Origin: Spirogloea muscicola
Taxonomy: Eukaryota
Direction: 5' to 3'
Assembly: GCA_009602725.1 (NCBI GenBank)
Contig: WELB01000011.1
Location: 95,912 to 159,911, forward strand
Length of the DNA: 64,000 bases
Part shown: positions 1 through 12,573 of the stretch, in pieces
Layout of the letters: each line of letters starts with the position of its first letter
How positions within the stretch are numbered: position 1 is the stretch's first letter
The notes under the pieces: generated by a model
What the model was told of the DNA's origin: nothing
Databases searched by the model: none
Seen by the model: the letters and a program-made list of their open reading frames with translations, nothing else
Translations under genes and position numbers: made by a program

Positions 1-570
<570 letters not shown>

Positions 571-1304
571 GAGAGCAGAGCATGGTGGCTTGCACAGGCA
601 GCAGTATTTGTAGGGCAGATTGCTGGTGCAAGTAGCAGCATTAGCCTTTGATGCAATTTGTTGATTTTTTGGCCACTTTCTCATCGAGATACACTTACCT
701 TGACATAGCTCCTTGCAGTCACGCTTCCATGATATAGATAATTGGGGTGCCGCTTTAGACATTGGAGGCTCATGCAGACACATGCCAATGTTGCTTGGAA
801 ACTGCAATGTGTGCAGTAATGAGAGTTGCCTTTCGTGACAAGTGCTTCCAGTCAATGGGCAGCAACAACGTCCATGCAGCCAGTGTAGCTGTGTATGGCA
901 GATCCGTGCTACTCAAAATTTGCTGGCCGCTCTATCATCAAACAGGCTGCAGTGCCGGCCTAATCAACGCCACAGACACTCAACTCTCAGGTGCTCTGTG
1001 AAGGTTGGACGTATGTCCAGCAATCTTGTTGGCTGATGGTAATACATGCCAATCTTACTAGAGAAAGCATAAACACTTGAGAGTCTTTAAGAATCTCCTT
1101 GAAGTCGAGCTTGCTGAGCTTGTCATGAGACTGATTGGAAGCTGTTGAAAGTGTTGTTCGGCCACACCAGGCAATCCAGAGCTTTTTGGAAGTGCCCTAG
1201 TCCTCTGCTAGCCCCACTGCTCATGACAGATATGTAACGAGTATCGCCTTGAGCAGGGGTGCCAGGCGGATGTGCATGTATCCCTCTACCCAAGTGGTGG
1301 GCTT

Positions 1305-2160
1305 TCATTTTTGGATAGCGCGGCGGAAGGTTGCAATCTGCTGCGACGTGGTAATACCAACGGAGGCTAGGATGCGCAGGCAGAGCTCAGCGAGGAAGAG
1401 CAGGAGGAGCCATAGTGTGGAGGAGAAGGCGTCCGCACCCAGGCTGCTGAACATTGCCAACGAGCGGGGACACCACCGTCTCGCCTCCATTGACAGCCTG
1501 CTCCAGCCCAGCTGCAGCTGCGCACACAGACTCCAAGAATTGGAGTCATGAGCATGCAGGGCAATGCTGATGGTGCCACCTAATGGCATTGGCCGCATCA
1601 TATGGGCAATAGGAGCAACTGCATCTGCATGCTCACCAGGCTCTTTAAGCTGCGGTGGAACCGCGAGCCGAAGGCATCATTCAGCGGGTGTGTGCTGCTA
1701 GCCAGGCAGCTCCGGACGAGCTCGACGATCTGCGGCGCAGGGCAGGCGCGAGAGCCGGCGCTTGAGCACAGTGGGGAGAGAAGAGTCTCCGGCAGCGTGC
1801 ACAGCTGTTGCCGAATTGGGCATTGCTCGTCTGCCAAAGCAGTCCATGCACTGGATCGACACCGGGAACTAATTCTAGTGGGAAAATTTGACCACAAGAC
1901 ACGGCGCAGGTGCCGCAGGCCTCGCTCACCATGTCCCGGCTGACCTCCATGGCCACGGCCCTGGGCGACGACCCGGCGCCGTAGCCGCCGTCGCCGGCAC
2001 TGCCGCCGCCCTGCAGCTGGAGCAGGAGGTCGAGCGTCGCGCGGCTCTTGAGGAAGATCTGCAGGTCGTCGGTGATGATGTAGCGCTCGCTCGGCAGCGG
2101 CGCGGAGGCGCCGCCGCCGCCGTCGCAGCCGCCGCCGCCGCCGCCGCCGCCGTCGTCGTT

Positions 2161-2197
<37 letters not shown>

Positions 2198-2208
2198 CAC
2201 CGCAGCAT
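1305..2208 (-). CDS. DUF674-like protein (C-terminal half of domain) with a probable C-terminal hydrophobic helix; 5' end uncertain
   Basis: In-phase GT-AG exons 2208-1930 (ERYIITDDLQIFLKSRATLDLLLQL...MEVSRDM), 1729-1637 (IVELVRSCLASSTHPLNDAF) and 1517-1305 (LWLLLLFLAELCLRILASVGI). These resemble the plant DUF674 motifs FxVTDDLxV and LLKASLxSxTxLTDVF. Confidence 0.6.
2109..2197. repeat. (GCC)n/(GTC)n trinucleotide tract
   Basis: Compound gccgccgcc...gtcgtcgtc run seen directly. Confidence 0.9.
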
Positions 2209-3262
2209 GGTGGCGAAGCTGACGCCGCTTGGGCAGGCGCTCGACGTCGCCCGCCGGGTGAGGGACCCCTGCCGCCATCGCCACTGCTGCCGACGTCGTG
2301 ACGCCGGACCTTCGTCCAGGCGAGGGGCCTCGCCGCTTGAAGGCCTGCAGCAGCTTATCCTGATCCTGAGGTGCCGCTGGCTATGGCCGGCAGCTGGACG
2401 CCATCGAGCGCGAAGTGCAGAGCCTGGCGGGCAGTGCCGCCGAGGTGGGCCGCCTCGACGCCGTCGGGGAGAAGGTGAGCCCCCACGGTCGCCAGCTCCT
2501 GCAGAGCCACAGCACTCGTTGTCAAAGTCTGGCATGGGAGCTCACCTTCTTTCTGGCACTCACCCACGTCGTCGCTGCCCAACCTTTACGCTGCCACGGC
2601 AGGAGCGGGCGCGGCTGACAGAGGCAGTGACGCAAATGCAGCTCCGCATGGACGGCATCGAGGTACTGCGATGCAGATCCAGCACCCGCCTTGCCCGCTT
2701 CTGCATGGCTGTCCCTTGCAGCGCATTGTTGGTTTGATGTCGCCAAGGACCACAGCTGCCACTGAATCCTAAGCCCAGCTCCCTAGTACCTGACCAAAAC
2801 CCTTAGATGCGTATCTCTGTACCTTACAAGCCGGAGCTGTGCTCACATCCTCTGGCATGCAGGGCGATGAGGCTGTGCGGCCAGTGCGGCGGGCCCAGAC
2901 ACAGCGCATGCATGCCCTCATCCAGGTGCACGCACAGCCACAATAACCAAGGCCAACGGCCTAGCCATTGCTGCGGCCGTCATGTCCCGCCGGCCAAGTG
3001 AGGCCGAGTCCGCCCTGCTGGCGGCGCCGCAGCCGCAAGCTCCTGGTGGCGCGAATGTACGTAGTCAGGGGGGGCCTGCGTGTTTTGGACTTCACAACTT
3101 ACTAATTATTGCCACCTCAGACTGATGACTATGTGTTGCCCACTCTTAAGGTTTCATTTTGTGGGCGTGCTGTTGCAGAGACTAGAAGCCCTGGCTACTG
3201 CTGAGACAATCAAGACCGACAGCACTGATGGGGCTCTACCTGCAGCACAAGATGCACCATGA
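2207..3262 (+). CDS. BAG-domain protein (Hsp70 nucleotide-exchange co-chaperone), about 112 aa as visible; upstream exons may be missing
   Basis: Phase-0 GT-AG exons 2207-2257, 2394-2474, 2603-2662, 2863-2925, 3179-3262 give ALDVARRLDAIEREVQSL...ERARLTEAVTQMQLRMDGIEGDEAVRPVRRAQTQRMHALIQRLEAL. This matches the BAG pattern LxExLxxxLLKLDGI...GD..R..RK..V..VQ..LExL. Confidence 0.75.
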
Positions 3263-3759
3263 GTGGAGTCGCCCTGGGCCTGCGGCTTTCCATGGCCTGT
3301 GGCAAAAGTGCGTGGGCTCCCTTATGCATACCCGTGCCCTACTCAAATCCACCTGATTCGACCTTTTTATGAGCCAGGCTGCCACTGAAGCAGCGGCCGG
3401 CTCGCTAGTGAGAAGCGGCCATACAGACCGAAGAAAGTTATCACTCCTCCCTAACGGCAAGGCAATGCTTGGGAGGCCTGCAGAGGGGGGGCCAACTATA
3501 GCCCCCCCTCCTGAGCCAGTGCAAGTGTACCAATAGAGCTGCAACCTTGTCGCGCGGACTTGCACCCCAAGTGGCAAAGCTTGAAGTTTGAGATTGAAGT
3601 TACTGGACTTTACTAAAGATGATGCGCAGCAGACCATCTCCTTCAGCGATGGTCCGCCTGTCAGCTGGCGGAGCGTGGCAGGAGAAAGCGGGAGGAGGGG
3701 AGAAGGAAAGTGACGTGCCTACGGGGCTGCGCGATTGGAGGGCAGCCATCGTTACTTTG

Positions 3760-5117
3760 TCAAAAGCGCGAGGCCTGCCAGTGGTTGAGGCTGATGAATG
3801 CGTTGGGCGAGTACTGGCCGTATGCAACGGCCTGCGAGATCTGGCGGCCGAGCTGGCGACGGCTTGGTGCGGCGCCAGGCCCTGTGCTGCCGTACTCAAG
3901 GAACTGTACCTGACCCGACGCTGCGGCACCATGCCAGTCGCTCCACCCCTCAGGCAGCACATTGGCAGCCATGGTGCAGCCGGCGAAGACGACGAGAGCC
4001 TTAGAGCGATACGGCCGGCCAAGGTATGTCGGCCCTGCGCCGTCCACCTTGCATTGCCAGAAGACAAACCCGCCGGGCAAGGTGCCACCGGCCCAGTCCT
4101 GGCCCTGTGCCGTGACATAGCCGCGGTAGGCATACACCGCCTTCGTGTAGAGCTCGGCACCGTCAAAGACGGCACGCCCAAAGCCCCATACGTAGTCCGC
4201 TAGGCCCTCCACATACACCTGCTTGAAGTAATGCTGCCCAGTGTACACCGCCAACGTGTCCATCCAGCCCTTGATGCCGACAACGTAGAACTGCGACTGC
4301 GTGCCCAGCAGCGACACTGCCGGAGACGGGTCCCACACCGACTGGTGCGTATTTTGGATCACAATCGCCGCCGCCAAGAAGTAGTCTGGCCCGCCGTGGC
4401 CACCAAAGTATACTTCATCAGGAGACAGTCGCGGTGTGGTGCAGTGACAGAGGCAAGATGCCGCGATACAACTTGCCTGTGTGGCGAGGAGATGCATGTC
4501 AGGGAGAACGAGTGAGTGGCGCACCTCCATAGACGACGAGCGTGGCGCAGCTGTAGGGATCGCCGACCTGGCTCTGGCTGTTGGACGCTGTGATGATGGT
4601 CGAGCGGCCCTGGCCGATGAGCGTGATGTAGTTCTTCCCTGCGGGGATGAGAACGCGCTCGGTGTACGTGCCCGCGCGCACGCAGATCTTGACGCGCTGC
4701 AGGTTTGGGTTGTAGAAGCTGCCGGCTACCGCGTCGACCGCGTCCTGGACGCGTTGGTGGGTGCCNGCTCTTTGGCCCGAGCAGCGCAGGCGACCGCATA
4801 CCCAGCCGTGGTGGCACATTTGGCTGGGTGTGAGCGGTCATAGGCATCAGTAGTCACCACGTCCAGGAGAAGACGTGGCCCGCCGGCCTGTCGGGTGGCC
4901 ACCACGTCTACACGCCTGGCATGGAGACCGTCGGCCCTGTGCTGGATTGGCATGATTCCGGAGTGCTCTGCTGCCACGGAGAAACCAGCCTCCAACAGGA
5001 TGCCATGCATTACGTCGCGGAGGCGGTCGTGGGCCGCTGTCCGCTCTCCGCCGTGGGAACAGCGCAGAACATGAGCAGCCAGCTCTCCAGGCTCATCTGC
5101 ATCCAGCCCTTATTCAT
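3760..5117 (-). CDS. Pectin methylesterase (CE8), no PMEI pro-domain
   Basis: Motifs VQDAVDAV, ICVRAGTYTERVLIPAGKNYITLIGQG, ATLVVYGDYF, DTL, EGLADYVWG, YLGRPY, PEGWSDW, FLEYGSTGPGA. Three exons. The frame changes at the single n at about 4767 (probable assembly artefact). Start codon is uncertain (5096/5102/5117). Confidence 0.93.
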
Positions 5118-5640
5118 TCCTTTGGGCTGGTCTCTCACAGCTTTCGGGCTGGCTTTTCACAGCCCTCGCCCACCTTCGGACGAGCTTACTTTTTACAGCC
5201 AATTGCCTTACATTGGAATAGCTAGTTCTCAACTGCTACTTTCGCCGACTTGCGGCTGCTGACTAGGGGTCACTGAGCAGGCACCATGAGCGGGTTCCAT
5301 TCTAAACCGGCTCTTTTGGTTGTTCTTCATTCTTCTTTGGGCTGGCTTTCCCAGCCCTTGCCCCCTTTGACAGAGCTGCTTCTCGCCGGACCTTGTAACT
5401 CCCTTTGGGATGGATCGACTTCCAACTGTCTTGGCCCATATTTTAATTTTTTCGTGGACTGGCTTCTCACAGCCCTCGCCCCCCCTCCTCTCTTTGAATG
5501 AAAGGTGTTTTTCGTCTGGGCTGGCCTTTCACAGCCCTTCTTCTCTGGGTGGCATACGCTTTCAGACTCCTGCTTATGCGGGCTGGCTTTGGACAGCCCT
5601 CGCCCCCTTTGGAAGAGCTGCTTCTTACGCAGCCCTCAGT
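5103..5640. repeat. Cluster of about 6 copies of a hairpin repeat GGGCTGGCTTTTCACAGCCC(TCGCCC)
   Basis: Copies start near 5124, 5146, 5339, 5456, 5518 and 5580. The same family occurs at 45138-45927 and 52754-53395. Confidence 0.85.
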
Positions 5641-7301
5641 CCATCTTAGAGAAACCCGCTGCATTTACTGCCTCGCCTGTCAGCCGCGGTCTCATTCCCA
5701 CAGGTCAAGTCCTGCCGTCGCGGCCAGGCCATGCCAGGCCATGCCGGTGTGAGGCCCCAAAATGCTCTTCCTCCCGAGCGGCAAGCTGTCATTCACACGT
5801 TCGTTGAGAGCTGACGAGCAGCCACATGCACAGCTTATATGTTGCTCAGCACACACGCTTCAGTGGCACCCCCTTGGCTCCCCTGAAAGCAACTTGAGTT
5901 GGTCATGATGCACTTCCTGACGATCGCCGTCGCCAAGACATCGCCCTTTGTCATGGAGTGTGAGGGCTGCAGAAAAGCGGCTGCTAGTATTCCGGGGCAG
6001 CTGTTAAAGCCAGCCGAGTGCATAAGTGGGAGTGCTGAAGTGCCTCTTTTCTATGCGAACTTGCAGGCTGGGAAGCTCAAGGGCCTCTCAGTACCCCCGT
6101 GTCGGCAGTAGGAAGTGGTATGAGCTGAGGGGAGAGATAGGAAACTCGCTGCGCAAGCCAGAGGCTGCTGCAAGGACGCCACTGGCACGGCGGCATAAGG
6201 CAAGCGATTGGGACCGCTGAGGGGACCTTGGGAATGCATGTATAGCACGCACCAGACCCAAAGGCACTAACTTCTCCGGGTGTGCGAAGTTCACGGAAGG
6301 TCAATCAGCTGGTAGAAACTTGGGAGAGGACTGCTAGCAATATGGCAGCAAATCTGCAGCTGAAGGAATGCAGCGATACACGAGGTGTGTCTTCAAGATG
6401 ACACTTCGTGAGTTCTGCATGTGATATCGAGTCTACGTATTGCTGTACACTGTACCAGGAACCAGGGAATGCGTTGAAGCAGCAACTACCTCTGTAGCCA
6501 GTCCATCTGACGATTGGGGCCAACAATCTCAACGTCTTATGTCTGTTAAGCTGCTGGCAAAGGTTGGCAAGTCGCCAGTAGGACGACATTCTCAGTCACT
6601 TGAAAGCCCCAATGCTGGTGCAGCCCGTCCAACGCCCCACTCTCAGCCATCCTCTCCTGCAAGGCTTTCTTCCTATGGCTATTGAGGAAGGTGTCACAGA
6701 ACTCCCCATCTCAAATACCAACAGCCATCTGCTCCAGCGCCAAGTCAAGACAGCAAGCATCCAGCACCACGATCTAAAAACGTCTATTTGCACATAGTGG
6801 GCGAGTGTAGCTCACTGCGACAATTAAGCGCCTACGCTGCCCTGCATCACAATGTGAGATGCAGCAGGAAGGATTCTAATAAACGGTCTTACCAAGACAA
6901 TGGGGGTGGGGGTATCACCAATCAAAAGAAAGCAGTAGATGCATCAGCATTCAGATTAAGATGGACGCACACTGAGTTGCTCTGACAAATGAGTTCCAAA
7001 TGCGCAACGCTATGATAAGAAGAGTGAGTCTGATGTAATATCAGGCTTCCAGCCCTGGCTAGGCCTGATCCTCACGCTGGACAAGTCATTGCCGCCAGGA
7101 CGGCGGCGCAGGCCATGTACGCAAGCGCGGGCACCGTCCGCTTTCACCGGATCAAAGGCCTGCCAAAAGAATCGACATACCTGCAGACGCAGCTAGCCTG
7201 CGCAACAACGCCTCATCGCCCCAGACCCCTAACCCTAAACACCACCGATTTGTGAGCTACATAAAGACACGGCATCTGGCGCATGGCCCCCTCGGTCCCG
7301 G

Positions 7302-7493
7302 TCACTTGCCGCCCCCGGCGGTCGGGCCACCCGCCGTCGCGCCGGCCTTGCGGGCCGCCTTCTCCTGCAGCGCCTTGGCGTCGCGCTCCCGGCGCTGCAG
7401 CGGCGTGAGCCCGTCGTCGCGTTTCTGGCCCGAGGCGGCAGCGCGGGCCGCCGCGCGCTTGCGGTCCACCTCGCGCTGGTTGCCCCTCGTCAT
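7302..7493 (-). CDS. SERF: SERF/4F5 family small EDRK-rich factor, 63 aa, intronless
   Basis: MTRGNQREVDRKRAAAR...DDGLTPLQRRERDAKALQEKAARK is the family signature. Confidence 0.95.
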   Translation of the reverse strand: MTRGNQREVDRKRAAARAAASGQKRDDGLTPLQRRERDAKALQEKAARKAGATAGGPTAGGGK

Positions 7494-7968
7494 CCCGCCA
7501 CGCCAAGCCGCCACGCAGGCGGGCCTCTGGATGGCGGCGGCGGCGGCGGCGGCGAGGTCGGCTAGTGGGGGGCAGTTGGGCCAGGGTCCTCCGGCCGGCG
7601 CGGGGCCGATCCCCGTTGACCGGTTGACCGTGGGCCCCGCGGGGTCAGCGTCACCGGGCCAGCTCACCGCCGCGGTCGCTGACCTTCTGACGCATCCAGC
7701 GCAAGTCTTGATGCACTCCTTGTGCTTCCATGTACCCCCGTTTCATCGGATTCTTTCCCCTTTTTCATAATGATTTCATACTCACGGCACGCGCCGCCGT
7801 CTCTCGTGGACTCATGGGGCCGGCCCCGCGGGCCCGCACGGCGCAAGCGTCAGCGTCACCGTGTCCATCTCGGTACCACGTCAGCGTCATCCGTGACCCC
7901 CTCCGCACCAGCTGCAGCCAGCCAGGCGCTCCGGCGCCGCCCGTCGCCGCGGCGGGCCTCGCGGCGCC

Positions 7969-10900
7969 ATGGCCGCCGTCACAACCGCCACTGCCGTTGC
8001 CGCCGCCGCCGTCGCCGCCGCCGCTGCCGCCACGGCTCGTGGCGGTCGGGCCGCGANAGCCGCGGCGGCCGTGCCGCGCGCCTCCTCAGGCGGCGGCGGC
8101 GACGGCGGCGGCTGCGGGGGCCCGGTAGACTCGGCGGGTCAAGCGCAGGAACACGGCTTCCCTCTGCTTGATATCGTGAGCAAGCTCGGATCTCGCCGAG
8201 CCTCGCGCTGCTGCTCCTGCTTCCGGGGCCGCCTGCCCCGTAGCATCCGCCAACGGCGTCCGCGGAGGGCCTCGCAGCCCAACTGCTTTTGAAACCCTGT
8301 CATTGCCAGTACTTTTGGTTGACAAGAGCACTGTTCGACTCCCGGGGAACTCACGTACTACAACTTGGCAATGCACGGAGAGTCGTCCGGCAACATGTTA
8401 CGTCTGCACACTGCGTTCTGAAAGTATTTACAGTATTCTGGCCACCCAGCTGCCAGCTTAAGCTAAGCTTTAGCTTCAGATCAGCTTTAGCTCTAGCCAA
8501 GCTTTAGTCTGGCCACCCAGCTGCCAGCTTCAGCTAAGCTTCGGTTCGGTTGGGCTTGGCTAGGTGGGGGCCCTCTGATTCCGCCGCCACTCATGGCCCT
8601 GTGTGCAGCACTGGGACTGGGCGGCCGCCGAACCTGCCGCAGGCCAGGATGCCTTTGACAGCGTGGTCAAGGAGCAGCTTGCTGGTTCTGGAGGATCCGC
8701 CGGCAGCTCCGCCAGAGACGCGGCTGTCCTGGAACCCGCCGGTCTTGCGAGATATGCGGCCATGCTCGGCCTGCAGTCGCCCGTGCCGGAGCGCGAGGAG
8801 GCCGCACTCGCGCTCTGGCGGCACGCCAAGGGCGGCCGGGCATGCATCGACCAGATTGCCACCATGCCGGGGTGCCTGAACCTCCTTGTGATCCTCCTGG
8901 GATCCGGCGGCAGCCCCCCGGCTGCCGAGGCCGCGGCGGGGCTGCTGCAGAGCGTCGCCGCGGTTGAGGACTACCGGCTCGAGTTGCTAAGCGCTGGCGC
9001 CCTGGAGGAGGTCGCTGGCCTCCTCTTGCGAGGTGCGCCGCCAGCGGTACAGGCCGTTGGCCCGTACTCGCCACCGTCCTAAGCATTCTCTCCACAGCAA
9101 GTTCTTTGACAATGAAGTCCTTTGATCTATACGCAAGCTATCAGAGTTTCCTGGGTTGAGGTTACTGTTATAGAGTCAGGGTTTATGGTAGCCAGTGGTG
9201 TTGAGCACAAGAGCTCCTGGCATGTACTTTCCCATGTGCTTTCGCAGGTAGAGGAACAAGCAGCCGGCCTTCTGGTTTCGCTGTCCACCGCCGTTTCTGA
9301 GGCTCCCCGCTTTGTGGAGCTTGGCCTGCTGCCCAAGCTCGTTGCCATGCTCGACCCGGCTCACCTCGCCATCCAGGAGGCCGCTGCCAAAGCCCTGGCC
9401 AATGTGACTCGCTGGCCAGGCGCGTGGGAGCAGGTAGCAGAGATCGGCGGTGTACCCAAGCTGGTGCGTGGGCCAGAGCCTTAGCCTGTTAGTGTAGGAT
9501 GCCCTGTTAGTGTAGGATGCAAGTTAGTTGCTGGCACTCATTTGTAAGGTGGTTCGTATCCCATAGCCAGCACATGTTACTGCCCATATAAGGAAGGGTT
9601 TTTTGGTAAGGGCATGTCAAAACCTCTTTCCATTCCAGGACTTTAAGCTCCAAGTAGCTGGTGCTTTGAGCACATTGGAAGGAGAACAGCTGTCTTAGCA
9701 TCACTGTGATTGTCAAAGCAGGCACAGCTCGTTCTGGAGGAGGCCGCGCCAGGGCTGGCGAGACAGAGTGCCCGCAGCGCGCTGACGGAGCTCTGCAAGG
9801 CGCCCTTTCTCAGGGCCTTGATGATCGAGGAGGGGTTAGTGGTAGTGCCCCTCATTGGCGCTGACGCCTACCGATCCTTCAAACCGCTGCTGCATGAAGC
9901 GCCGCAGTTGCCTCAGAGCGTCAAGCTGGAGAAACGGACCTTGCAGGCTGATAAGGATGGGGACTTTGGGGCCGGCAGCCTCCTCCTAGGCCTGTCTGTC
10001 CTTGATGAGGCGAGCCAGCTGGATGAGCAGGCGCAGCAAGAGCTCGAAGGCAAGGTGCGGCAGCAGTTCCTGGCGCGGCTTGGGATCCTGGAAAAAGCCC
10101 AGGCCAAGCAGCAAACTGCTAGCAATCAAAGCCTCAATCTGGTGGCCGGCGACAGACAGCCTCAAGACGAGATGACTGGCCCAGCAAATGGCGGCATGTC
10201 CAGTGGCGACAGGTCGTCGGACAATCCTGAGAGAGTCACGGTGATGCCACGGTTGGACGGCGTGCCTCGCCTTGTCCTCATCCTTGGCCTTGACGATGCC
10301 ACTGTGGCTGGAAGGGCTGCAAGAGCAGTTGCAGAATTCGCCATGACAGAGGACAATCGGCAAGCGATGCGGAATGCTGGCGCCATACCGCACCTCGTTC
10401 GCCTCCTTGGCTCTGGAGATGAGGAAGCGACAGCAGCTGCAGCTATTGCTCTCAGCCAGCTTGCACTCAGGTCCTCAGCCTCAAGCTTGATCACCGAACC
10501 TATAGGTTGTCGAAAATCAATGGGGCATGAGTGTCTACTTTGCTCTCTGATTGTGTCTGCAATTGCCTTGTGGAGCTGGAACAGCACGTTGTACCACATG
10601 TGTACAAGGATAGAAGCCCTCTAGAAGGCGGCTGTATGCCCATATTGGCATGGAAATAAAAGTCACTGCACAAGCACGTCTAGCACAAACATTTCCAATG
10701 CTTCTCCCTGTGTTGGATTTTGTGATTGTCCAGCGCACCTGTCAGAGGTTCCATCCGTAGTCACGGAGCCATCCCTGCCCTGGTGGCACTGCTCAATGCG
10801 AAGAGCGCTCCAATTGGTGTCAAAGAGCAGGGTGTCAAAGAGCAGGTTGGCAGTCATATCCATTCTGCTGTTTTGGAGTTGACATATGCATGCATAGAGA

Positions 10901-12573
10901 GTTGCTTATGCTGGTGCCAGTAGATACATGTGGAACATGCCTGTGGGAGGTAATTACATGCCAATAGACGGGTTGCATCAGTCTCTGTTGACATTTCAAC
11001 GATTGGCAAACTAGGAGTGTCATTCACAGAGCAGGCCCTGACCAGATGCCTTTTTCTTGGAACAGGTTATGGGCACCCTCTTGAGGTTGTCTGATACTGA
11101 TGATTACCCTGGCACAGCGGTATTTGGCACAGCACCTCAACACTCCATGCTTTGCCATCTGCCATCTGCGAGGCAAAGGCGTGGTAGCACGTGTCTATGG
11201 CTCAGAGACGAGGTGACATGTTATTCGGTACAAGCTCTTTGACCAAGTCCGTGACTGGGATCTTTGTTCAGGATCAGGATGTAGGGCTTCTTGAGATGCT
11301 TAGATCAGGTGAAGGTAGTCAGGAGACACCAGATGAGTCTGGCAATGCGCCACGAGGCAAGCCATCTGCAATGCTTGATCCCAGGTAAATGTGATTGCAT
11401 TGAGCAGAGCTATACACTCAAGCCTGGCTAGGCCTTCATCTGGCCCCTAAACCACCACCCAGTAGCATGCTTGCTGAGTGCAAGCTACTTAACTGGACGC
11501 AGTAACTGGTTGTTTTCATCACTTCCTTTTGTCAGGCCTAGTGCCACTAGCGGTCTAAGCTTACTGGGTGTCGTTGTCTTTGGCAGACGGGAACTCCTGG
11601 AATCTGGTGGACTTCCTCCTCTTTTAGAGTTGCTGCATGTTGGGAGCATGAGTCAGAAGCAGCTCGCAGCCAAGGTTCTTGTCAATATCGCCAGTGAAAG
11701 GCTGAATATGGATGCAATGGTGTCTGCGGGCATCATTGACGCCCTTGAGGTGGCGCTGCACCCGCAGCATGCACCAGGTGAGCAAAAAGAAGCGCTCATG
11801 GTAAAGTAAGATGCATGTGCTATCAGCTGTGTCCTGCACTACTAAGTACAGAGTGAGCTTGCTGACACAGGGTTGATACCGACCGCTGGCTAGGTACAAC
11901 AATTGCAGGTGAGGGCCTTGACGAGAGCCAGGAAGGTCTTCCCCTCGAGGAAAGCGAAGGGGTACCTTTGATGGAGGAGCTGTGGCAGATGCAGGCCGCC
12001 TGCGGCAGGGTTGTGGAGCTGTTGGCCACTTACGTTACGGGTGATGCAGCCTTTGCTCTTAGAAGCGCCGGCTTGTCGGCAGTGCTCAGGGATCTCCTTC
12101 AAGCAGAGGTGCCACTGTCGGTCAAGGAGCAGGCAGCGGCAGCGCTGCTCAAACTTGAGGACCGCCCCCCCAGCTTGGGCTTCTTCAAGGCCCCGGATGC
12201 CGGGGTGGAGAAGGAGGTGGCCATGCTCAGCCTGCTGCCAAGCTTGGTGGAGCAGCTCAGCTCAGCTCCTGCGCTGGAGATGCGAGAGGAGGCCGTCCTC
12301 ACACTGCGGGATCTTGTGCAGAGGGGCGGTGACGATTTTGTTGCAGCCTTGGCGTCTGCTGGAGGGATATTTCCAGTTGTGCAGCTTCTTGGCTCTAGTG
12401 AGGACAGCGTGCGTGAGGCTGCACTGACGATTCTCTGCAAGCTGGCTATTGTGGAGGAAAATCAGCCAGCAATGCTTGCGGCAGGCGCACCGGAGGCCCT
12501 GGAACGCGTTGTGAAGCGAGGCAGGGCGGATTGGGAGCTCGCTCTTCGCGTCCTCAGGCTACTACCCGTTTAA
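7969..12573 (+). CDS. Armadillo-repeat protein with an Ala/Arg-rich transit-peptide-like N-terminus (resembles Arabidopsis AT1G23180 type, from memory)
   Basis: Multiple exons with ARM signatures: MLGLQSPVPEREEAALALWRHAKGGRACIDQI, GGVPKLV, MRNAGAIPHLVRLLGS, GAIPALVALL, GGIFPVVQLLGS. Ends LALRVLRLLPV* at 12573. Confidence 0.9.

Noticed and set aside
3619..4203. 194-aa plus-strand ORF
   Set aside because: Antisense shadow of the GC-rich PME exon; the same applies to many other overlapping ORFs in the track.
4760..4775. Programmed frameshift or pseudogenisation in PME (also PLR1 exon 1)
   Set aside because: The frame changes coincide with single n contig joins, so assembly error is the simpler explanation.
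5103..5640. CRISPR array
   Set aside because: Repeats are degenerate, spacing is irregular (22-193 bp), no cas genes are present, the context is eukaryotic, and copies are dispersed elsewhere in both orientations.
5835..7000. Degenerate gene or TE (possible LRR-like fragments)
   Set aside because: All frames are interrupted and no motif is recognisable with confidence.
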